A stretch of DNA of 64,000 nt from an uncultured Phycisphaerales bacterium. Its GTDB lineage: Bacteria > Planctomycetota > Phycisphaerae > Tepidisphaerales > Tepidisphaeraceae. Below the pieces are notes generated by a model. The model had not been told where the DNA came from. It saw only the letters and a list, made by a program, of their open reading frames with translations, and did no database searches. A program made the translations under genes and the position numbers. The stretch covers positions 1,152,001 to 1,216,000 of the forward strand of contig CAVWVQ010000003.1 in the NCBI GenBank assembly GCA_963758525.1, written 5' to 3'. Positions 10,057 to 20,684 of the stretch are shown piece after piece; the stretch's first letter is position 1; each line of letters begins with the position of its first letter.

Positions 10057-11786
10057 GTGAGTCATATTCGAGGTTTCTGCATCGTCGCATCGTTTTCGAT
10101 GATCTTCGTATTTGCGCAGGGGTGTGCGACAGTTGGCACGACCGATGTCGGCAACTTCGGCGCGAAACCGAACACACTCGAAGACTCCACGCTCGCCGTG
10201 CGCGACGCGCTCGATGCCGTTCGCAAAAACTCGGCAACGAAGCTGGTCTTCCCTCCCGGCCGATACGACTTCTGGCCCGACCGTGCCGACGAGCAGTATG
10301 AATTCATCAGCAACAACGACGACGGCCTGAAACGCATCACGTTCCCGCTGTATGGATTCCAGAACCTCGAGATCGACGGGCAGGGCGCGCAATTTGTTTT
10401 CCACGACTCGGTCAGCCCGTTTGTCGTCGATCATTGCAAGGGCATCACGCTGCGCAATTTCTCCGTCGATTGGAAACGGCCGTTTCACAGCGAGGGGACG
10501 GTTCTGGCCGTTGGAACCGACACGATCGATCTGGCGATCTCCGAAGAGTTTCCCTACAAATTCCGCTCCGGCCTGCTCGTCTTCACCAACGAGCGCGGCG
10601 AAGATCTTCCATACAGCGGCCTGCTCGAATTCGATCCGAAAAAACGCGAGACCGCCTTTCAAGTAGTCGACTACTGGACCGAGCCAGGCGGTTTGAAAGC
10701 CGAGGAAATCGGCCCGCGCCAGGTCCGGGTTCATGTGCCGAATATTAAAGCCACGCCGGGCAATGTCATCGTGTTTGGCTATGCAAACCGCACGAATCCG
10801 GCCATCGTTCTCTCCGACAGGCGCAGACGGTCATCGCAGATGTGAGTCTCTATCACGCCGGCGGCATGGGCGTCATCGCGCAGCGCTGCGGGGACGTGGG
10901 GCTCTATCGCGACCGCATCACCACGCCGCCAGGAAGCACGCGCGTGCTCAGCCTCACCGCCGACGCGACGCACTTCTCCAACTGCACCGGCAAGATCACG
11001 ATGAGCTATTGCTTCTTCGAGAACATGGACGACGATCACACGAACATTCACGGCATCTACTTGCAGGTCCGCCGTCAGCTCGGCCCCGATTCGCTCGAAG
11101 TCAAACTCGTGCATCCGCAGCAGGCGGGATTCGACTACCTCGTGCCTGGAATGCCCGTCGAACTGGTGCGCGGGCCGAGCATGGTGACCTACGGGAACGC
11201 CATCGTGAAGTCCGTCGATCGGCTCAACAAGGAATACTCGCACGTCACGTTCGAAGTGCCCCTGCCAAAGGACGTGGTGACCGGCGATGTGATCGCGAGC
11301 ACCGCGGGCTATCCGGATGTCGACATCAATCACTGCACGTTTCGCGGCAACCGCGCGCGGGGACTGCTCATCGGCTCGCGCGGGAAAGTCGTGATCGAGA
11401 ACAACCTGTTTCACAACGCCGGCGCAGCGATTTTGTTCGAAGGGGACGGCCGCTTCTGGTTTGAGCAGGCCGGCATGCGCGATTGTGTCATCCGCTACAA
11501 TCGCTTTGAAGACTGCAATTACGGCACATGGGGAAATGCCGCCATTCAGGTCGGCGCCAACATCGCGGCGACCGAGCGCGCGGGCAGCCGGTACAACAAA
11601 AACATTCTGATCGAAGACAACACGTTCTTCGTCTTCGATCCGCGCATTCTCCACGCCTACAGCGTTGACGGCCTCACGTTCCGCAACAACCGGATCGCGC
11701 CGTCCAACGACTACCCCGCGCAGAACGAGGACGCCAAGGCGTTTGACGTGACCGACAGCGATAATGTCTGGATCGATCAGAAATAG
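10057..11786 (+). CDS. Secreted beta-helix glycosidase, GH110 alpha-1,3-galactosidase-like (frameshift ~10820)
   Basis: Lipoprotein-like signal (AQGC), LVFPPGRYDF, ADATHFSNC, MDDDHTNIHG, NRARGLLI. Confidence 0.75.
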
Positions 11787-11806
11787 CGCTTATCGCAGGA
11801 CCTTTA

Positions 11807-12220
11807 CCGTGGCACGGGCGTCCCGCCCGTGTTAGCGACGCAAGAGAAATAGAACCTCGGATATCGAGGGCTTTCTTAAGGTCCGCGCAGCTCGCATGGG
11901 CGGGACGCCCATGCCACGGGGAGAAGTCGTCGCGCGCTTATGATCGCCAGCCCGCTGTAGAATAAACGCGTAGGGCGGGATTCATCCCGCCGTTCTCTTT
12001 TCCTATAAGTCGAGATGACGCACGGAACGTATTGCGAGAGACAAATCCCGCCCGACGCGATTGCTCTGCGCCTGGCAACGTTCCCCGTGGCATGGGCGTC
12101 CCGCCCATGTCGGTTGCGCCGAGCGTAAGAAAGCCCTCGATAGCGCATGTTCTATTTCTCCCACGTTGCTAACCCAAATTCCGCTAACACGGGCGGGACG
12201 CGCGGGTCGCCCGTGCCACA
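11807..12220. repeat. Two oppositely oriented ~115-135 bp MITE-like elements plus a GTAGGGCGGGATTCATCCCGCC palindrome
   Basis: Ends CCGTGGCAYGGGCGTCCCGCCC / GGGCGGGACGCCCRTGCCAC at 11807-11920 and 12085-12220; interior resembles copies at 44008-44276. Confidence 0.85.
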
Positions 12221-13238
12221 CGTGCCGCTGGGAGAAGTCGTCGCGCCTTGACGATCGCGAACGCGAGGCCGCTGTAGAAGAAATAGAACCAATGCCAGGG
12301 GAGGATCTGAACCGTGAACCATGGGCCGCGCTTGCGGAGGAAAAAGCGATAGAAGTGCTGATTGATCACCAGGAGCGCAAGCGTGCATGCCGCGGCGAGC
12401 ATCAGCGTTTGGTGGAACCATGGAGCCGCGGCCAGCGACAGCGTCAGCAGATACACGCAGACGACGCTGAGCCGGCTGGCTGAGTTGATGTTGAGATCGT
12501 TGGCGAGATTTTTCTGGCGGAGGATCAACTCCGACCAGGGAAGCGCTCGCCGGAAAAAATCAGTTTTCACAAGCGAGACGGCGGTCCATCGCTTGAGATG
12601 CTTGACTTGCAGATCCTTGCGAAGGCGAATGCGGTGCCCGGCCGCCTTGAGGCGGTATCCCAACTCGATGTCTTCGATGGAAGGCTCGGCATAGCTGGCG
12701 TCGAAGCCGCCCATGGATTCAAACACTTCGCGCCGGATCGCGCCGCAGCCGGCCCAGAACGTGAACGCTTCCTCGCCGCCGGTCTGATGCACATAGTGGT
12801 GCTGGAGATTTTTGTACTGCGCCAGCAGTTGCGGACTGCCCGGCTCGTCATCGTAGGAGCCGATCAGCGCGGACAGACCCGGCGCTTCGTCGAATGTCTC
12901 CCGCACCTTCCCGATCGCATCCGCATGGGCGACGACATCCGCGTCAATGAAGTAGAGCAAATCGCCGCCGGCCCGTTGCGCGCCGATGTTGCGCGCCGCG
13001 CGGGGCCGCCCGAGTTGGCGCACACGATGACCCGATACCCCGCTTCCTCGGCCAAACGCCAGGCGCCGTCGGACTCGCCGTCGGCGACGATGATGATCTC
13101 ATCCGGCTGGGGCGACAGCCCGGCAATTCCGCCCAGACAGCGCGCAAACGCGTCGCCGCCGTTGTGGACCGGAACGATGACGGAGACCGTCAGCACGGCG
13201 GCAGCGGACGGGGATGGACGTGCAAGAGTCAGCGTCAC
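12184..13238 (-). CDS. GT2 glycosyltransferase with C-terminal TM helices (frameshift ~13025)
   Basis: VSVIVPVHNG...ADGESDG in one frame; ARNIGA...FIDADV...GGFD...IEDIELGYRL in the next. Confidence 0.85.
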
Positions 13239-14107
13239 GGGGAAGCCTTGCTGGCGCAGACCACCACGAAATATCCGGTGACCGCCCGCGTGGGGTATTG
13301 GGCCAGGCGTTCGAATCGCATCAGGAACCGGAGCAGCCGTTCCTGATTTTTCGGCTGGCAGCCGCGCATCAGGCGGGTGGCGAGCACCGCGAGAAATCGC
13401 GGGCAGTGCAGCGTGTAGGTCACTTCGTTGACGGTCAGTCCCGCCGCTTCGACTTGCCGGCGGAGCGCGCCGGCGCCCATCGTCGCGCCCACGTAGTACG
13501 GCACGATTCCCAGGCGATTGAGCCAGCCGAATGGCAGCGCGTTGCGGATCCCGACCACGGGGTTGGTTGGATTATCGAGCATCACAATCAATCGCCCGCC
13601 AGGCCGCAGCACCCGCGCGAGCTCCCGGATCGAGAGATGCAGCTCTTCAACATTCGTAAAATGATCGAGCGTCGAATTGGATACGATGCCGTCGAAGGAG
13701 TTCTCCGCGAACGGAAGCCGGCGCACGTCGGCGGCGGTTTGCACGAGCGTCGGATGGCGAGCGCCCGCCGCCCGCAATACCGCCGGCGAAACGTCCATAC
13801 CGACCACTGTCGCGGCCCGCTGCGAGAGAAACGGGGCCAGGCCGGCGGTGGACGATTCGTCGAACATGTCGGTCTTCAGAATCGTCGGCACTTTCGTCCG
13901 CGAGAGTCTTGCCGACAAAAACGCGATGTTGACCGCGTCGCTATGGCGGCGCCAAAGCGTGTCGCATCCGTCCGCCTGCCATTCCGCCGACGCCTCGTCC
14001 CAATAATTCGCGCTGCTTTCGAGCGCCCCGCCCGCTGCGCCCGAGACTCGTAGCGTGATGCCCACGTCTTTAAAGTCGGTTTGCCGCTGCCAAGCCTGAA
14101 CTTCCAT
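13235..14107 (-). CDS. Class I SAM-dependent methyltransferase
   Basis: GMDVS, ADVRRLPFAENSFDGIVSNSTLDHF, ELARVLRPGG; start uncertain. Confidence 0.85.
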   Translation of the reverse strand: MEVQAWQRQTDFKDVGITLRVSGAAGGALESSANYWDEASAEWQADGCDTLWRRHSDAVNIAFLSARLSRTKVPTILKTDMFDESSTAGLAPFLSQRAATVVGMDVSPAVLRAAGARHPTLVQTAADVRRLPFAENSFDGIVSNSTLDHFTNVEELHLSIRELARVLRPGGRLIVMLDNPTNPVVGIRNALPFGWLNRLGIVPYYVGATMGAGALRRQVEAAGLTVNEVTYTLHCPRFLAVLATRLMRGCQPKNQERLLRFLMRFERLAQYPTRAVTGYFVVVCASKASP

Positions 14108-14361
14108 CGCCGCGTACGACGAATTGGTTGCGTCGCACTAAGCCCGATAAATCGCCGTCACCCTCCAACGTTCTCCCCGAGTCCCAACAGTGGGCCCACC
14201 GAAACGGGAGTGCAGCCAGCGCTGACTTCCACGCTTCAAGTTCTCAAATCATTTCCACTTGTTTGCGTTGAGGCACCACGACTTCTGACCGATCCACAGT
14301 GGCAGGAATCATTGCGTGCCTGACGCATGCAGTTGTGGCAATAGTCATTTCGCGAGGAAGA

Positions 14362-16122
14362 ATGTCGAACGACGCGTTAGTCATTATCGGCGCCGGCCCC
14401 GCCGGGCTGACCGCGGCATATGAAGCAACCCGCTATGGGCGCTCGCCGGTCGTGCTGGAAAAATCCCGACTGGTCGGCGGCATCGCCCGCACGGAAACTT
14501 ACAAGGGCTTCCGTTTCGACATGGGCGGCCATCGCTTTTTCACCAAGTCTCCCGAAGTCGATCAGATGTGGCGCGAAGTCATGTCCACCGACATGCTCCG
14601 CCGGGACCGTCTGTCGCGCATCTTCTACAAGGACAAATTCTTCAGCTACCCGCTCAAGCCGCTGAACGCGCTGATGGGCCTTGGCATCTTCGAGAGCGTT
14701 CTGATTTTCGCCAGTTATCTCCGCTGGAAGCTCTTCCCCTGCAAAGTGGAAGATACCTTCGAGCAGTGGGTGACCAATCGCTTTGGCAAGCGGTTGTTCC
14801 TGACATTCTTCAAAACCTACACCGAAAAAGTCTGGGGCATCTCCTGCACTGAGCTGAAAGCGGAGTGGGCGGCGCAGCGCATCAAGGATCTGTCGCTGAA
14901 GACTGCGGTGCTCAGCATGTTCGTTCGACCCCAGAACACGATCAAGACTCTGATCGACAGCTTTGACTACCCGCGCCAGGGGCCGGGAATGCTGTGGGAA
15001 GCGGTGCGACGCGAGGTCGAGGTGCGCGGCGGCAAAATCCGCCACGACAGCGATGTGACCGCGATCCGCCGGACCGGCAACAGCATCGAATCGGTGGTCC
15101 TCAATACCAACGGCCGCAGCGAAATCATCCGCGGCGACCACTTCATCACGAGCATGCCGGTCACGGAATTCATCCGCAAGCTCGATCCCCCCGCCCCGGC
15201 CAACGTCCGGGAGGCGGCCAGCAAGCTGAAATATCGCGACTTCCTCACCGTCTGCGTCATTGTCGATAAAGCGGAGCTTTTCCCCGACAACTGGATCTAC
15301 ATCCACGATCCGTCCGTGCAGGTCGGACGGATTCAAAACTTCAAAAACTGGAGCCCGGAAATGGTTCCGGATCAGTCGAAGACGAGCCTGGGTCTTGAAT
15401 ATTTCTGCAACGAAGGGGATCAGCTCTGGACGATGTCGGATGCCGAATTGGTCGAACTCGCCCGCACCGAGTTGCAGAAAATCGGGCTCGCCCAGGGCGC
15501 CGACGTGATTGACGGATGCGTCTTCCGCGTTCCCAAATCATATCCGGTTTACGATTCGGATTATCAGACCTACCTCGCGGCGGTACGCGTCTTCATGGAC
15601 GGACTGGAGAATTGCCGCACCATCGGGCGCAACGGCCTGCACCGCTACAACAATCAGGATCACTCGATGCTGACCGGCATGTATGCGGTGCGCAATCTCC
15701 TCCTGGGCCATACGCATGAGCTGTGGAGCGTGAACGCCGACAAGGAATATCACGAGGAGCAGAGCCTGGCGCCGGCAATCGAAGAACGGCTCGCCGCGGT
15801 TTTCGCCCGGGTCGACAGCATGGCAATGGGCATTTCCGCCGGAATCATTTGTGCAGTCGGACTGTGGCTGGTGACGATGGTTCTCGTGCTCAAGGGCGGT
15901 CACAAGATCGGACCGAACCTGGCGCTGCTGGCGCAGTTTTTCCCCGGCTATTCCGTCACCCCGCTCGGAAGCCTGATCGGCCTGCTCTACGGGCTGTCCG
16001 TCGGATTCGTCGGTGGATATTCGCTGGCGGCGTTGCGAAACGTCGTCCTCTTCCTCCACTGGGCTCTGGTGCTGCGTCGCGCGGAGCATCGTTCACTCAA
16101 ACGGCTGCTTGAATATGTCTAA
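14362..16122 (+). CDS. FAD-dependent oxidoreductase (UDP-galactopyranose mutase/HemY-like fold) fused to a C-terminal membrane domain
   Basis: IIGAGPAGL, DMGGHRFF, DNWIYIHD, GRNGLHRYNNQDHSM; hydrophobic last ~110 aa. Confidence 0.85.
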   Translation: MSNDALVIIGAGPAGLTAAYEATRYGRSPVVLEKSRLVGGIARTETYKGFRFDMGGHRFFTKSPEVDQMWREVMSTDMLRRDRLSRIFYKDKFFSYPLKPLNALMGLGIFESVLIFASYLRWKLFPCKVEDTFEQWVTNRFGKRLFLTFFKTYTEKVWGISCTELKAEWAAQRIKDLSLKTAVLSMFVRPQNTIKTLIDSFDYPRQGPGMLWEAVRREVEVRGGKIRHDSDVTAIRRTGNSIESVVLNTNGRSEIIRGDHFITSMPVTEFIRKLDPPAPANVREAASKLKYRDFLTVCVIVDKAELFPDNWIYIHDPSVQVGRIQNFKNWSPEMVPDQSKTSLGLEYFCNEGDQLWTMSDAELVELARTELQKIGLAQGADVIDGCVFRVPKSYPVYDSDYQTYLAAVRVFMDGLENCRTIGRNGLHRYNNQDHSMLTGMYAVRNLLLGHTHELWSVNADKEYHEEQSLAPAIEERLAAVFARVDSMAMGISAGIICAVGLWLVTMVLVLKGGHKIGPNLALLAQFFPGYSVTPLGSLIGLLYGLSVGFVGGYSLAALRNVVLFLHWALVLRRAEHRSLKRLLEYV

Positions 16123-16453
16123 TCCTTCAGCAATCAACCCGGCGCATCGGGAACGCGAAGACTGGGATCGGTTTGCCAGAACCCGCGTCATTCGCCTCAA
16201 CGCGGGAATCCTCGGCACCGTCTTCGGACTGCTGGGCGGACTTCTCATCTTCCTGATGACCAACGTCCTCATCCTCAAGGGGGGCCCGGTGGTCGGGCCT
16301 CATCTGGCACTGCTCGCGCAGGTCTTCATCGGATATCGCGTGACCTTCGTCGGAAGCCTCATCGGATTTGCCTACGCCGGGCTTTTTGGCTGGATGACGG
16401 GATACGTCGGCGCCACGCTGTATAACGTCGCGGTGAAAATCCGCTCGCGATAA
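16115..16453 (+). CDS. Small membrane protein paralogous to the oxidoreductase C-terminal domain
   Basis: LKGGPVVGPHLALLAQVFIGYRVTFVGSLIG matches LKGGHKIGPNLALLAQFFPGYSVTPLGSLIG. Confidence 0.8.
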   Translation: MSNPSAINPAHREREDWDRFARTRVIRLNAGILGTVFGLLGGLLIFLMTNVLILKGGPVVGPHLALLAQVFIGYRVTFVGSLIGFAYAGLFGWMTGYVGATLYNVAVKIRSR

Positions 16454-16470
16454 TCCGGCGGGCACGCTCC

Positions 16471-17790
16471 ATGCAGATCTCGCAGGCGGCATTCGACGCG
16501 GCTGTTTCCACGGTCCCGCTTCCGCGCCCTTCACGGGCGCAACGCCGTCTCTCGCCCGTACGGCGCGACACCGCCATCATGCTCGCCAGCGGAGTGGTCG
16601 TCCGCATTTGCGGGCTGGTCTTCATGATGGTGCTCTCGCGCCATCTCTCCAGGCAGGACATCGGCGTCTTCTCGTTCTACGAGGCAATTGCCGACACGCT
16701 CACGCTCATTGCCGGGTTCAGCCTGGAGATGGTGATCCTCCGGCGAATCGCCGCCGGAACGCGCGAAGACGCCATGATGAACGTGGCGCCCCTGCTGGCG
16801 TTCCGCATCATGAGCGCGCCGGTCTATCTGCTCTCCATCACAATCGTCGCGCAATTCGTGAGCGGACCGCGCTGGCTCCTGCCGTGCGTCGGCTTTTACA
16901 CGCTGATGGAGAGCGCCTTTTTTTCCTTCGGGAGCTTCTTCATTGGAGTCAAGCGCATCGGACTCAAAGCCGCCATCGAGGCCGGCGCCGAGGTGGTCTT
17001 CACTTCGCTTTTTCTCGTGGCGATCTACCGATATCCCTCGATCAAGACGCTGATCGTGCTCAGCACCGCGCACAGCGCCCTACTGCTGGGAACCGGCATT
17101 TACCTCGCGCACCGCTTCCACGGCCCGCTGCACCTGCGCTTTGCGCCGGTCGAGATGCTCCGCGCAGGCGCGCCGTTCGTCTTCATGTCATTGCTTGGAC
17201 TCCTGCAGGGCAGGATGGAAACAATGCTCCTCGGCTTCCTCGCCAGCCTGTCGGCAACCGGCGCGTATGAACTCTCGCTGAAGCTCGTCGTCGCGGCGAG
17301 CTTCATTCCTCAATCGATCAATCTTGCCGTTTATCCTTATATTGCTGCCGACGGACTCACCGCGCTGAACCGCAGCCGGCTGCTGCGAGGCTTGCTCCTC
17401 CTCGCGGCCCTGGGAGTCGGATCGGCCGGCGTGCTCTTCTTCTTTTCCAATCCCGTCGCGCGCGTTCTCTTTGGGCCGATGGCAGGCGAAGTCGCCCCGG
17501 TGTTGCGCGCGATCGCTCCCGCCCTGCTGATGCGTTTCCTCGCATCGGGAATCGCCTCGGGGGTCATTGCCATGGAAGGCGAAAAAAGTGTTTTCCGCTC
17601 GCTGGTGGCTGGAACCATCGTCGGACTCGCGGCTGATTGCCTGCTCATCCCCCATTACAAAGCCTCCGGCGCCGCTATCGGCATGATGATTTCCGCCGCC
17701 TGTCAGTGCGTGGTGACCGGCGCCGCGCTGCTCTCGCTGGTTGCCAAAGCACGCGATACCGAGGGAGACCGCGAAGCGCGGATCGCGTAG
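16471..17790 (+). CDS. Oligosaccharide flippase (Wzx/MOP superfamily)
   Basis: About 12 hydrophobic segments; LLIPHYKASGAAIG C-terminal motif. Confidence 0.8.
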   Translation: MQISQAAFDAAVSTVPLPRPSRAQRRLSPVRRDTAIMLASGVVVRICGLVFMMVLSRHLSRQDIGVFSFYEAIADTLTLIAGFSLEMVILRRIAAGTREDAMMNVAPLLAFRIMSAPVYLLSITIVAQFVSGPRWLLPCVGFYTLMESAFFSFGSFFIGVKRIGLKAAIEAGAEVVFTSLFLVAIYRYPSIKTLIVLSTAHSALLLGTGIYLAHRFHGPLHLRFAPVEMLRAGAPFVFMSLLGLLQGRMETMLLGFLASLSATGAYELSLKLVVAASFIPQSINLAVYPYIAADGLTALNRSRLLRGLLLLAALGVGSAGVLFFFSNPVARVLFGPMAGEVAPVLRAIAPALLMRFLASGIASGVIAMEGEKSVFRSLVAGTIVGLAADCLLIPHYKASGAAIGMMISAACQCVVTGAALLSLVAKARDTEGDREARIA

Positions 17791-18006
17791 GCCCCTGCCA
17801 AGTCATTTTTTTTGGAGGGGACGTACGCGAAATTCCAAGACGGCTTAATCACCTCGACATGCGAGGAGGCAAGAAAAAACTCCGCAAATTCGCACGCGTT
17901 TTTTTTGTGTCTTTTGTGTTTTTGTGGCAATCTCTCTTCGCCCCCCGCGCACGTCGATCGAGCGAGGCGCATTCTGTGCCGCACCCCGCAAGTTCTCTAT
18001 GGATTG

Positions 18007-18681
18007 TCATTCGCCATTTCGGTCGGGACGCGGTTCCGTTGTCATCGCCACGTCCGGATCGAACCGGTACGCGAAATATTCGATGTCGTCCTTGCAGGTC
18101 TGTTCGACCAGCTCGCGCCCGCGCTGCGTGTAATAGGTGCGATAATCCTTGTGCTTCGAGCGATTGAGCCTTGGCAGATTCACATTGATCCCCACCTTGC
18201 GGCACACGTGCTGGAAATCGGCGTCGAGGTTCTCAAACCGGCCAATGAAGTCGATGATCTGCTTCCCCTCCTTGTCCGCCACGAAACATTTCTGCGACCA
18301 GGTCGGATGATCGACCCGGTAGCGGAGAAATTCCTCGAAGCCGCCGAGCTTGCTGATCGCGGCATGCTCGTGATGCGCTCGCCAGCGCATGATGTAGTGA
18401 TACAACGACACCTGCAAATCCCACGGATTGCGCACGAACGCAAACTTGAAGTAGCTGTCGAAAATCTCCGACGGAAGCTTCGCGCGAATCTCGTCCGCAT
18501 GCGCGTGCGACGACAATCCCGGGTACGGGTCCGGCGGCGGGAATCCGAGCCGGCGGCGGATGAAGTTCCACAGCAGATACTCCCGCCGATCGACATATGG
18601 ATTGAGCGCCGATCGCACACTCGTGCCGGCGGTCTTGAAGATATGAACGAAGATAAACCTATGCGATGTCGAGATTTGCAC
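18007..18681 (-). CDS. Sulfotransferase family 2 protein
   Basis: FIFVHIFKTAGTS (5'-PSB), FAFVRNPWD (3'-PB), FIGRFENL. Confidence 0.88.
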   Translation of the reverse strand: MQISTSHRFIFVHIFKTAGTSVRSALNPYVDRREYLLWNFIRRRLGFPPPDPYPGLSSHAHADEIRAKLPSEIFDSYFKFAFVRNPWDLQVSLYHYIMRWRAHHEHAAISKLGGFEEFLRYRVDHPTWSQKCFVADKEGKQIIDFIGRFENLDADFQHVCRKVGINVNLPRLNRSKHKDYRTYYTQRGRELVEQTCKDDIEYFAYRFDPDVAMTTEPRPDRNGE

Positions 18682-18894
18682 GCGATGCCTTGGACACCAT
18701 CTTCCTGCGCCCGATCGTCGATCCTTCTGCCGATCCAGCGTATCGGGCGGGCGCGCCGGCTACAAGAGACCAGCGACGACGCGACAGCGCGTACGCACGG
18801 ACCCGCGCAATTTCCGCCAACAGATCGTCAGCGCTGGCAATGGCTCCTTCCCCCTCCCCTGGTACTGCTCCGAACAGAGATGTGGGAGATCAAG

Positions 18895-19006
18895 AAATTT
18901 CCAAGGCCCAATGGCCAACAAAATCCCAAATCGCAATGATCAACGGGAGAACCAGCCTTGGGTTTTGGACCTTGGGGCTTTGTTGGCCATTGGGCCTTGG
19001 ACATTT
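18895..19006. repeat. Inverted repeat element of short CCAA-rich units
   Basis: Perfect 22-bp inverted repeat CCAAGGCCCAATGGCCAACAAA at 18901-18922 and 18979-19000. Confidence 0.85.
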
Positions 19007-19274
19007 CTGCTCTGATGGGGGCTTGTTCCCCTGGTCCGGAAAGTCGCCGAGCCCATGTATCCGCAGATGTTATCCGCGTTGCAAATCACGCCGATGTCAC
19101 GATTGTCATGCGTTCTGGAACCGCAACATCGGAGATTGAGTCACGACGCGGAGCGGCGAAAAACGATCTACTCGCCGGCATTCCAAAGCCCGGCGCGCCG
19201 TTTCCGGAATTAGTCGAAGCGTTGCGCCCTCAATCCCCGCGCCCATCCCGCGCAGACGCCCCGGCCGATTCATC

Positions 19275-20354
19275 GTGGCCACCGCTGAGCACGACGAATT
19301 TATCCGCACTCTCCTCCGCGACAACCCGATGCCCGGGCCGATCCAGATATCGCTGGAGAGGGAGCCAAACTATTTTGCCGGCGCCAAAATCGACGGCGCG
19401 GAGAGCACGACGATTCTGTCGCTTGAGAACGGCCGCGCCGTCTGCACCGGCTCGGCCAGCATCCGTATGCGATTTCTCAACGGCAGCGCGAATCGCGTCG
19501 GTTACCTCGGCGGGCTGCGGCTCGACAACTCCCATCGCGGTCATGCGTCGATCCTGCTGCGCGCGTATCGATTCTTCCGCGAGCTTCACCGCGCCCATTC
19601 AGATCCGCCGGTGGTCTATCTCTCCAGCATCCTCGCGAAAAACCTCCCGGCCATCCGGTTCCTCGAACGCAACCTCCCGGAGATGCCGACCTACACCCGG
19701 CTTGGCGATCTCGTCGCGGTGATGATCAAGGCTCGCCGTCACCGCGCCACGCTGCCACCCGGAACAACGCTGCGCACTGGCACAATTCAGGACCTCGGCG
19801 CGATCGCTGCTTTTCTCAATGCGCAAAACGCAAACTATCAGTTCGCCCCCTTGTGGACCGAGGAAAGTCTTCAATCCTGCACCGGCCTGAGCGTTTCCGA
19901 CTTCCACCTGATTTACGACAGCGACGGCGCGCTCATCGCCTGCGGCGCCCTCTGGGACCAGCGCTGCGTCCGTCAAACCGTGATCCGCGGCTACTCCCCG
20001 CGCCTGCGGCGCTTTCGGCCGATCATCAACCTCGCCGCCCGCCTGCTCCGTCGCCCCGGCGTGCAGGAAATCGGGCACGTGATTCCGCTCGCTTTTGCCT
20101 CTCACGTTGCCGCCACCAGCCCGGAATTGTTGACGTGCGTTCTGCAGTCCCTGCGTTCTGCCGCCTTCGACCGCGGGATCACGTTCCTGAACACCAGCTT
20201 CGATTCCCGCGATCCGCGCCTTGGCACGGTTCGCGACCAATTCCGCCCCGCCGAGTACCCCAGCCGGATCTATGTCGTCCGCTGGAACGACGGTGACGCC
20301 GTCGCCAGCAGCCTGGATAGCCGCCTGCTCAATCCCGATGTTTCGCTGCTCTAA
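19275..20354 (+). CDS. GNAT-like protein, paralog of 27924-28943
   Basis: EREPNYFAG, VGYLGGLRLD, GALWDQR, shared with the downstream paralog; GNAT fold is inferred. Confidence 0.65.
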   Translation: MATAEHDEFIRTLLRDNPMPGPIQISLEREPNYFAGAKIDGAESTTILSLENGRAVCTGSASIRMRFLNGSANRVGYLGGLRLDNSHRGHASILLRAYRFFRELHRAHSDPPVVYLSSILAKNLPAIRFLERNLPEMPTYTRLGDLVAVMIKARRHRATLPPGTTLRTGTIQDLGAIAAFLNAQNANYQFAPLWTEESLQSCTGLSVSDFHLIYDSDGALIACGALWDQRCVRQTVIRGYSPRLRRFRPIINLAARLLRRPGVQEIGHVIPLAFASHVAATSPELLTCVLQSLRSAAFDRGITFLNTSFDSRDPRLGTVRDQFRPAEYPSRIYVVRWNDGDAVASSLDSRLLNPDVSLL

Positions 20355-20684
20355 TTTTCATGAACCGAAGACCAAGGGATAGCAATCCGTTGGCTTTACC
20401 CCCAAATCGCTCGCTGCCTCCTGTGCGCCGGGCACATTGCAGTTGATCGCTGCGGTAGTTTCGTTCACACGAGAAAAGTACACATTTTTGGGCTCGCGAT
20501 GCGACGCTTACTGAGAACGGGGTAATGATCGCCGAGGGTGCCTGTCAGTCGCTTCGCGTCGTCGCGGAACTCAATCGCGGAACACCCGTCGCATGCGCAA
20601 GCGAAGGCTTAAGCTCCATGGGCGGCAAAACGCCTGCTCCAACGCGAATTCACATCACCGCGGCGGTACCATCGTGATTCGCGC

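Noticed and set aside
17812..18939. 375-aa plus-strand ORF
   Set aside because: Antisense shadow of the sulfotransferase with no motifs.
20355..20684. Cobalamin riboswitch upstream of the B12-enzyme cluster
   Set aside because: I could not find the conserved B12-box elements by eye; an Infernal search with RF00174 would settle it.
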